64,000 nt of DNA, taken from positions 384,001-448,000 of the forward strand of contig OY970166.1 in NCBI GenBank assembly GCA_963706595.1, read 5' to 3'. Positions 1 to 8,800 of this stretch are shown here, in pieces. Numbering within the stretch: the first letter of the stretch is position 1; each line of letters starts with the position of its first letter. Made by a program: the position numbers and the translations under genes. The stretch comes from an uncultured cyanobacterium. Lineage in GTDB: Bacteria > Cyanobacteriota > Cyanobacteriia > Cyanobacteriales > Nostocaceae. Below the pieces are notes generated by a model that had not been told where the DNA came from, did no database searches, and saw only the letters and a list, made by a program, of their open reading frames with translations.

Positions 1-245
1 GTCAATTGTCCTTTGACTCGTTGCCAATTTACCCCGTCTGGGGAAATCGCTAAACCACAGCGCCCAGTTGGTAAGTTAATTTGTCGGTCAAAAGCAGCAT
101 CTCGACCGTAGTACCACATCTTCCAGCTTCCATCGGGACAGCGCATAACCTGTGGTGCGGACACTCTCTCGGAGTCCCACCAGCCTTCTGTTCCTGGTGT
201 TAAGACTAGACCGGGTTGATTTATTTGTGTTGTTTTTTCGCTCAT
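1..245 (-). CDS. Partial CDS (5' end), five-bladed beta-propeller glycoside hydrolase-like (GH32/43 clan)
   Basis: Manual translation from ATG at 245: MSEKTTQINQPGLVLTPGTEGWWDSERVSAPQVMRCPDGSWKMWYYGRD...GLAISPDGVNWQR; runs off the window start. Confidence 0.6.
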   Translation of the reverse strand, partial: MSEKTTQINQPGLVLTPGTEGWWDSERVSAPQVMRCPDGSWKMWYYGRDAAFDRQINLPTGRCGLAISPDGVNWQRVKGQL

Positions 246-501
246 GAAGTTGGAAGATAAATTAAATCGTTGCTGATTTCAAATATTAATTTTTCTCACG
301 CACCAGCGTTCGCGCAGGGTGCCGGAGGCTCTAGCGCAGCACGGAGTGCGTTAGGCGCAAAGGCGCAAAGAAAAAGAAGGTAGTTTTGGCATTTTATACT
401 CTGATTCAGCAACGCCAATTAAACGAACCACAGAGGCACAGAGAACACAGAGAATTGAGGAAGAAAGAGTTTTCTGTTATTGAGTGAATTTCTGCTTTCT
501 A

Positions 502-608
502 TATAGCGGTTCTCGGTTGAGTGAGATACAAGAACCCCACCCCCAACCCCCTCCGGTGCAAGCGAGGAGGGGGCTATGATGTATTTCATTCAAGTGCATA
601 CCGCTATA
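502..608. mobile_element. MITE-like element
   Basis: Terminal inverted repeats TATAGCGGT/ACCGCTATA; internal core nearly identical to 48273-48376. Confidence 0.75.
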
Positions 609-625
609 TTATTTGTTGTTAATTT

Positions 626-1792
626 TTAAGAGTAATTTACCACAGAAGGTTTGTAGTTGTACAGCCACTGTTCAAATTCAGCATCACTCACCTGTGCTTG
701 CTGCATCATTTTACTCAGATAGGTTTCGCTATCAGCCTCATAAGCGCGCTTCGCTCCAACTGCGTTACGAATTTGGATAATTTGGGTGCGGGGTTTACGA
801 CTATTTTCATAATTAGCTAAAGCTGCGCCAATGTTGGGTGCATTATTAAGATATTGGGCTAGTTCCCAGGCATCTTCAAAGGCTGTATTGGCTCCCTGTC
901 CTAGTAAGGGTACCATTGGATGGGCGGCATCGCCTAAGAGTGTGACTCTGCCTTGACTCCAATTTTGTAGGGGTGGTCTGTCACATATCGGGCGTTCTAC
1001 AATGTCTTCGGCGTTCGTTGCTGCTAATATTTCCTGTACTGGTTCTGCCCAACCAGAAAAGTTTTCTTGGATACGAGACTTAATATCAGCAGGACTTTGG
1101 GCAATAAATCCATCTGGACAGAGAGAAGCTGCACTCCAAAATACATATCCGCGACCCAAGTCGAAGAATCCGAAAATTTTGCCGTCGGATGCTGTCATGG
1201 ACATGACTTCATGAGGAAGCAGTTTTGGGTGACTGTATTTGAGAACAGATCGCCAAGACATCCGACCAGCATAATCAGGCTCTCCGTCTCCAATCAATGT
1301 CTGCCTAACTACTGAGTTTATCCCATCAGCGCCAATTAACACATCTGCCTGCACGGTTTTTCCACCTTCAAAGCAGATTTGGACTTCTTGCTCATTTTGC
1401 TCAAAATTGATGCACCTATGGTCAAGGTGGATGGCTTCAGGTGGTAGTTGAGAGGCGAGGATTTCTTGGAGACGCGACCACCGAATTTGTAACATTGGTT
1501 GACCGTATTTTTCTAGGAGTGTGACGGATTTCTGCCCAATCAATTCGCCGTTGCTTTTGTGTAAATTCAGCTTTTGAGTTTGGCTACCCGCAGCTTTTAA
1601 TAACTCAGTGATTCCCGGTGCAATAGCTTCAAGGCTATGTAAGCCATTTGGCACAAGGCTCAAACCAGCACCCACTGGTCGCAAAAAACGCGCTTTTTCG
1701 TAGATGTGGGCATTTATGCCTTGTTTTCGGAGTGCGATCGCCACAGATAAACCACCAAGTCCTGCCCCGATAATTGCTACTTTATTAACCAT
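626..1792 (-). CDS. FAD-dependent monooxygenase (salicylate hydroxylase/UbiH-like)
   Basis: GAGLGG, DVLIGADG and GDAAHPM..GQG motifs. Confidence 0.9.
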   Translation of the reverse strand: MVNKVAIIGAGLGGLSVAIALRKQGINAHIYEKARFLRPVGAGLSLVPNGLHSLEAIAPGITELLKAAGSQTQKLNLHKSNGELIGQKSVTLLEKYGQPMLQIRWSRLQEILASQLPPEAIHLDHRCINFEQNEQEVQICFEGGKTVQADVLIGADGINSVVRQTLIGDGEPDYAGRMSWRSVLKYSHPKLLPHEVMSMTASDGKIFGFFDLGRGYVFWSAASLCPDGFIAQSPADIKSRIQENFSGWAEPVQEILAATNAEDIVERPICDRPPLQNWSQGRVTLLGDAAHPMVPLLGQGANTAFEDAWELAQYLNNAPNIGAALANYENSRKPRTQIIQIRNAVGAKRAYEADSETYLSKMMQQAQVSDAEFEQWLYNYKPSVVNYS

Positions 1793-1811
1793 GCTTTAAG
1801 TATTATTTTTA

Positions 1812-3128
1812 TCAAGTATTCAGCAATTTCTCGTTTGATTTTTTCACTTTTGATATCCAACTTTGATATAAATTCAAAATTTCTGAGTAGGAAACGGTGG
1901 TTTCAAATATTAAGTTAATTAGTGAAGGTGGGAAAAATTTTGGCAACAGTCTGTGCATAGTTTTGGCAATATTTTCTCTCAAAATCAACTCAATAAATAA
2001 TCCGGTAGATGTGGGAAAAGCATAGTCTCCTAGTTCTACTAAGGCGTAGCCGTCTGGTTGACGGCGAATAGTAAATTGTTTGAGAGATTCAGCTAAATTG
2101 TCAGCATATTCATTCAAAATATGATCAAAAACTTTTGCATCTTCTAGCGCTGCGTTACAGCCTTGACCAATGGAAGATGATACCGCATGAGCCGCATCTC
2201 CCATAATTAGTACACTATCACCTTGATGATAATGGCTACAGCGAATCGTTAAAATTTTAGCAATTGGTCTTTCGAGGAAAGCTTGCGCTTCTTCTTCTGT
2301 CATCATTTTAGCAATTTCTGGAAAATTCTCTTGAAAGTATGTAACTACTTCTGCTGTGCTAGAAAGACCAGCTATCTGATTGTTTTCGCGGGGAAAATTA
2401 ATGGCTCCACTCATCGTCCCATCGGCTTGATGCAGTGCTACCATGAGTGTACCGTCTTTTAGTCTCCAAGTGTGAATGTTGTCTGATTTGAGGTGAGGAC
2501 TGGAGTTTTGGCTATTTTCTAAGAAAATTGATTTGTAGTCAGTGGGGTAATATTTTTTTTCACATTCAAAATTTTCTGTACTCTGGAAACCTTCTCTGAC
2601 CGCAGAATTAGCTCCATCCGTACCAATTAACAAGTCATAATCAACCGTAAAATCCTGTTTTTCTGCAACTCCTGAAGCTTCTGCGATATTTTTTAAATTG
2701 ACAGTTTTTGCTGCAAAATCTACGGAAGTACATTGACAATTGAAGTGTATTTTTAGCCGACTTTCGTCATAATTTCGGGTTAACTCTTTTAATAGCACAA
2801 TTACTAAATTAGTCCGGTCTAGAGTAACTAGAGGATTTTTTCTCGGTGTCAATCTCGACTTACCATTTTTTTGGTGAAAAAGCGTTCCTGTCATTTCCAC
2901 ACTGACTGCTTTGACTGCTGCTTCTAAACCCTCAATTTTCCTCAAAGCACTCATTCCCCTTTCGTTAAGAGATATGGGGAAGGTTCGGGATTTTGAAAAG
3001 GAGATAATTCGAGGATCGCTGCGACCCTCATAAATGTTAATCTGGTATTTGTCGCCACGACGTAAAAGATAGTGAGCAAGGAGAATTCCGCTAGGACCAG
3101 CACCGATAATTGCTACTTTTTTGACCAT
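1812..3128 (-). CDS. FAD-dependent monooxygenase, kynurenine 3-monooxygenase-like
   Basis: GAGPSG, DLLIGTDG and GDAAHAV..GQGCNAALED motifs. Confidence 0.85.
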   Translation of the reverse strand: MVKKVAIIGAGPSGILLAHYLLRRGDKYQINIYEGRSDPRIISFSKSRTFPISLNERGMSALRKIEGLEAAVKAVSVEMTGTLFHQKNGKSRLTPRKNPLVTLDRTNLVIVLLKELTRNYDESRLKIHFNCQCTSVDFAAKTVNLKNIAEASGVAEKQDFTVDYDLLIGTDGANSAVREGFQSTENFECEKKYYPTDYKSIFLENSQNSSPHLKSDNIHTWRLKDGTLMVALHQADGTMSGAINFPRENNQIAGLSSTAEVVTYFQENFPEIAKMMTEEEAQAFLERPIAKILTIRCSHYHQGDSVLIMGDAAHAVSSSIGQGCNAALEDAKVFDHILNEYADNLAESLKQFTIRRQPDGYALVELGDYAFPTSTGLFIELILRENIAKTMHRLLPKFFPPSLINLIFETTVSYSEILNLYQSWISKVKKSNEKLLNT

Positions 3129-3498
3129 GTTTCTAGGTCTTACGCATTGATGGACAGACTAGAATATTTAATCCTGATTCTGAATTTTAAATTCAAATAT
3201 AAAAGCTTGTCATGAATCTTCAGAAGGATTTAGTCGCAACCGCAAAATATCTGAGACACCGCAACCCTATGATGTATTGAATTTAACTAAAAGGAACTCA
3301 TTCTGAATAGCATTTTTGTACTAATAAAGCTTGCACACGGAGCAGCAAATAAAACTTCAGTAGATGTTACAATCTGGGGCGTAATTTTGGGTAACAACAA
3401 AGGCTAATGGGTTAAATATAACTTTGATGTCTACTGAATTAATTGCTGAACTTTAGTACCACTTTCTGTGCAAGAACGGAAATAGGCTATTTTGGGAT

Positions 3499-3527
3499 GC
3501 GATCGCTACGCCCCTCGCAGGTATCGC
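3499..3527. repeat. HIP1 site carrying a 21-nt small dispersed repeat
   Basis: GCGATCGCTACGCCCCTCGCAGGTATCGC = 8+21 nt, starting GCGAT and ending ATCGC. Confidence 0.6.
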
Positions 3528-3643
3528 AACGAAAAAACTTAGCTTTATTGAGAATTTATGGATGTAAATGTATAATAATTTTCTTCTCGAAGCTTGATTT
3601 AGCGTAGCTTCATAAAGAATTAAGATGATACTTAAAAATCTCT

Positions 3644-4660
3644 ATGAATATGAGAAAAAAATCTGTTTTAGCTCTACTGTGTGTAATAACGCTGTCTATT
3701 ACGGTTTTTGGTTTTCATTCACTTAATGCCCAAGAAAAATCTATGCACAAAGGATTAATTAGAACAGAAATTGAACGGTATTTACAACAAAGAAGATTCA
3801 GTAAGACGGGTGAAATTGTTAGACACATTGAGGTTCAAAATGTACGCCGTAGTTACAATTTATATATTCCTGCATCGTACAATCCCAATAAACTAATGCC
3901 AGTAGTATTAGGTTTTCATGGAGGAACAACTACTGCACGGAGATTTGCACGAACGACAGGATTTAACAAACTAGCTCATGAGAAAGGATTTATTATTGTC
4001 TATCCCGAAGGAATTAAAAGAAACTGGAATGATGGACGTGATGCTCAGGGTTTACCAACTCAAGATGATGTCAGATTCGTTACAACTATAATTGAAGATT
4101 TAAATAAAAATATCAATATTGATAGGCGCAGAATTTATGCTGTAGGCATTTCTAATGGTGGTTTTTTGACGCAAAGATTAGCATGTCAATTATCAGATAA
4201 AATAGCAGCTTTTGCTTCAGTCGGATCAACACTAGCCGAACCACTGCAATATAATTGTCAAACGAAAAGACCAGTATCTATTATGATGATTAATAGTAAA
4301 GAAGATAAAATTGTACCTTGGACAGGAGGCAGGATGAGTAAAGGTAAAGGAGGAAATATTCTATCTGTGCGTTCGACTATCGAGTTTTGGCGAGATAAAA
4401 ATCGCTGTAATTCCAAGAACCCAAAAATTCAGAGAATTGGTGATAATGAACCAGATGATGGAACTAGTGTAGAAGTGACTAGTTACTATCAGAAATGTAG
4501 TAATTCTGAGGTTGTTTTAGTAGCAATTAGCGGGGGTGGTCACACTTGGCCTAGTGGTTCTGATCAACCTCAGTGGGTTGTAGGCAGAACTAGCCGTAAG
4601 ATCAACGGCAGTCAATTTATTTGGAACTTCTTTGCGCGTCACGCTCTAGCTGAAAATTAA
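3644..4660 (+). CDS. Secreted PHB depolymerase family esterase (LpqP-like alpha/beta hydrolase)
   Basis: Signal peptide, GFHGG, GISNGG nucleophile elbow, GGGHTW. Confidence 0.85.
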   Translation: MNMRKKSVLALLCVITLSITVFGFHSLNAQEKSMHKGLIRTEIERYLQQRRFSKTGEIVRHIEVQNVRRSYNLYIPASYNPNKLMPVVLGFHGGTTTARRFARTTGFNKLAHEKGFIIVYPEGIKRNWNDGRDAQGLPTQDDVRFVTTIIEDLNKNINIDRRRIYAVGISNGGFLTQRLACQLSDKIAAFASVGSTLAEPLQYNCQTKRPVSIMMINSKEDKIVPWTGGRMSKGKGGNILSVRSTIEFWRDKNRCNSKNPKIQRIGDNEPDDGTSVEVTSYYQKCSNSEVVLVAISGGGHTWPSGSDQPQWVVGRTSRKINGSQFIWNFFARHALAEN

Positions 4661-4661
4661 A

Positions 4662-5055
4662 TTAGGTGAAAACAATACTGAAATAAAAAAGTAGGGCGTA
4701 ATAAAATGCTTCATACAAAGCCAAAGTACTAGGCGAAAATCCAGCTTGACTGTAAGCACGGTTTAAGGCTCGCATCTGTCCAACGCTGCGAGGGGCGGTC
4801 ATGCCCAAAGCTTTACTATCACTAGATCCAGCTACTGTTTTCATGACTGCATAAATGCGATCGCCATCTCGTTCGGCATCAGCTAATCGCTTCACTAATA
4901 GCCCACAGATCCTGGGCTGTTAACCAATTTAATTAATTTATCCAAATTCTGGAGCGACTGATCTAACGCACTATCGCTACAAAACTCTCTATCTAAAATA
5001 CCAATACCACCTGCACGAATTACAGCAGCTGCAATACCAGGATGCTGTAGTTCAA
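4662..5055 (-). pseudogene. Remnant of a type I PKS gene (ketosynthase fragment plus a putative N-terminal fragment)
   Basis: KRLADAERDGDRIYAV...SSD...TAP...GQ.RAL.RAY is a ketosynthase signature; upstream fragment reads HPGIAAAVIRAGGIGILDRE. Confidence 0.75.
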
Positions 5056-5524
5056 ATTAATTAAGTTTTCAAACCCCCTCCAACCCGGCAAAGTTCCCTT
5101 GGTGGATTACTAGAACGATGAAAAAAAGATACTTTTAAAGGTTTATTAATTATTCAATAATAATTCCTTAACTTTTGAATTGCATTATATACCAGTGGTT
5201 ATAAAAATTTCCCAGGATTTATGAACAACTGTAAGGTAGGCGTTTCACTTGCACAGACAAGCTCCTTGGGGGCGGGGTTTGGGGATTGAAAAAGAAGCAG
5301 GGGAGCAGGTAGCACCGGAGCAAGGGGGAGTAAGAAATTACTTTAAACTTTCGATTACTTAACAACCATTCCTCTTCTCTCCTGTCCCCTGCACCCTTCC
5401 CCCTGCCTTTTGTTGATTACACCTTACCCCCTAAACCTTTTCGATATGTTCGCACGACGTTTCTCTACAATCGCAACCGATTCACCGTAGTTTTTCTAGG
5501 GCAATTAAACGGTTTTCTCAATAG

Positions 5525-5614
5525 ACAACTGGTGGAAAAGAATGTAGAGACGTGACATATCACGTCTTTACAAGGGTTCTAAGAAACGCACATTTAATTT
5601 TTTCCACCAGTTGT
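5525..5614. mobile_element. MITE-like inverted repeat element
   Basis: ACAACTGGTGGAAAA...TTTTCCACCAGTTGT termini around an internal palindrome GACGTGA-TCACGTC. Confidence 0.6.
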
Positions 5615-5856
5615 TGAATAAAGGCATTCTGGGGGGAATCCCTAGAATGGCTGATTGATACTTTACCTGCTAGTCAAGGCCACACCTACATTTGACCAGG
5701 TAATACCCAAACATTAGATCGTATTTTAGTAACTTCCAATCTCTCCCAGTCGGACAAAGTTGAGGCGGTTCACTCAATAGTGAATTTGCCGAAACTATCC
5801 AGAATTCCAATGATCATCACCCTGTTTTTACCACTTTTGATTTTTCTAAACCTACT

Positions 5857-8800
5857 ATGTCTAAAATTCAACTGAATCCCATTGGAACCTACGAAACTGG
5901 CATCTTTGACGCTAGCGCTGCCGAAATAGTCGTCCATGATCCACAAACTCAACGCCTATTTGTAGTCAATGCCAGCACTCCGGCAGTAGATGTACTAGAT
6001 ATTAGCGATCCTACTAATCCTACCAAGCTGTTTTCCCTTGATCCATCTGCCTATGGGGCGACCGCGAACAGTGTTGCGGTATTAAACGGCATCGTGGCAG
6101 TAGCTATTGATAATGTTGTGGCTACAGATCCCGGCAGCGTGGTATTCTTCGACACTGATGGTAATTTCCTGAATGCTGTCACCGTGGGAGCCTTACCTGA
6201 TATGTTGCTGTTTACCCCCGACGGCAGCAAAATACTGGTAGGTAACGAAGGAGAACCCAACAGTGCTTACACCATTGATCCAGAGGGTTCTGTCAGCATT
6301 ATTGATATTTCCGGTGGCGTTGCTAACCTGACTCAAGCCAATGTAAGCACCGCCGACTTCAGAGGCTTTAATGACCAGAAAGAAGCTTTAATTGCCTCTG
6401 GAGTTCGCATTTTTGGCGATAACGCTACTGTAGCTCAGGATGTAGAGCCAGAATACATTGTAGTTTCTAGTGATTCTCGTACAGCCTATGTAGCCCTGCA
6501 AGAGAATAACGCCATTGCGGTAGTAGATATTGAGTCTGGCACAGTCACTGATATTTTACCCCTTGGTTATAAGTCCCACGGTGTGGAGTTATTTACCTTT
6601 GACCGCACAACCCTACCTGCCTTTGATGGTACTACTAGCGTAGAACCTGCTATCAGTGGGGAGATTTTGCTGGGTGGCTTGTCTGGGATGTTCTTTGAAC
6701 GGATCACCGATTCGGGAAATCTGCAATTTATTGGTGTACCCGATCGCAATCCCTCCAGCACCCGCGATACTACAGGAGATGGTAGCAATGATGCGCGGGT
6801 GTTTCCCTTTGCCGATGCACCCACAGAAATCGTCCGCTTTGAGCTAGACCGCAATACTCGCCAAATTACTGTTACCGAGCGTGTGCAACTGTTCCGTGAA
6901 GATGGTACAACCCCTGTCACCCGCTTACCTAACATACAGGGCGATGATGATGGTTTAACCCCCATTGCTCCCGATGGAACTGTGTTGGACTTCGACCCCT
7001 ACGGCGCTGATTTTGAAGGGGTGTTGCGTACAGAAGATGGCAGTTATTGGTTAGTAGACGAATATCGCCCCGCCATTTACCACTTCAACGCTCAAGGCAT
7101 TTTGGTTAATCGCTTTGTAGCTGAGGGTACTGCTGCAAGTGCTGGGCAACCTGTAGGCACATTTGGTTCAGAAGTTCTACCTCCCGAATACGCCCTCAGC
7201 AGAGATAATCGAGGCTTTGAGGGACTAGCCTACCAAGATGGTAAGGTTTTTGCCTTTGTGCAAAGTCCCCTGAATAACCCCAGTTCTCGCAACTCAGAAG
7301 TAATTCGCATTGTAGAATTAGATGTAGCTACCTCCACCGCCACAGGTGAATACCTCTACGTACTAGAAGGTGGCGACAGCGATAAAATTGGCGATGCAGT
7401 TTCCCTGGGAGCAGGTACCGGCGAATTTTTAGTAATTGAGCGAGACTCAATAGCAGGTCGTGATTCCATTAAAAATGTCTTCCGCATTAACTTAGCAGAA
7501 GCCACCAATTTGATGACTGTGGATGCCGACACCTTGCCTGCTGGAGCTACCTTTGATAGCTTATCTGCCAGAGAACTACGAGCCTTGGGCATTAATCCCG
7601 TGGGTAAAACTCTAGAAGTGGATTTAGCCAAGATTGGCTATGACTTTGTGGATAAACCCGAAGGATTGGCTTTAATTGATGCCAATACCATTGCTGTCCT
7701 CAACGATAATGACTTTGAGGCTGGCCCTTTAGCATTGGGATTGATTGATCTACGCAGTCTAAATAATCCTCTAGATGTGAGCGATCGCGATGGGGCTATC
7801 AACCTCACCAACTATCCTAATCTGTATGGTACATACCACCCAGATGGAATTGCGATCACCGAAATTAACGGTCAGACCTACATCGTCACTGCCAACGAAG
7901 GGGATGCGCGCGACTACGACGGATTCAGCGAAGAAGCTAGGGTAAAGGACTTGATACTCGACCGCGATGCCTTCCCCCACGCGCGTGAACTGCAAGCTGA
8001 TGAAAATTTGGGTCGTCTGACAGTCACCACCGCTAATGGTATGAGTGATGGGGTCTTCTTCAAGTCCAACCTCACCGGCGCTCAAGAAGCGGTTCCTGTC
8101 ACCACTGAAGCTAGTGGTAGTGCCGTCCTGAAACTGAACGAAGACCGCACCGCTCTGAGCTACGAGTTGACCGTGGAGGGTCTGGACTTTGGCTCCATTT
8201 TAGGATTAAGTCCCCAAACCCCTGATACCGCCGATGATGTGACAATGCTGCATTTACATGAAGCAGCAGCAGGGGCAAATGGACCAGTGGTATTTGGAAT
8301 TTTAAGCCCTGACCAAGACCCGGAACTGAGCTTTACTACTAATCAAGATGGTTCCACTACCCTTAAAGGCATCTGGCGGGAAAGTGACCCAGCTAACAAG
8401 TCTTTGAGTGAATTTATCCCTACCTTAGTCGATGCCAGCATTGATGATCAGGTGAATTTGTACTTCAATGTCCACACTGAGGGCAACCCTGGTGGTGAAA
8501 TTCGCGGACAATTGACCTCAACCCTAGCTTACAATGAGCTATACGCCTTTGGTGGACGCTCCTTTGCGATTTGGGATACTCAGGGAAATCTGGTGTATGA
8601 CAGTGGATCTGACTTTGAGCGGATCACAGCCGTGCAGTTCCCTGACAACTTCAACTCCGACCACAGCGAAACCAACTTTGATAACCGCAGCGATAATAAA
8701 GGCCCCGAACCAGAAGGGGTAGCCATTGGTGAAATCGACGGACGCACCTATGCCTTTGTGGGTCTGGAGCGCCTGGGCGGCGTAATGACTTACGACATTA

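Noticed and set aside
5186..5196. Target of sRNA units 3/5 (TTATATACCAG match)
   Set aside because: An 11-nt AT-rich match can arise by chance
5661..5709. Pho (SphR) box upstream of the phosphatase
   Set aside because: Only weak 11-nt-spaced matches (CCACACCT, TTTGACCA, AATACCCA)
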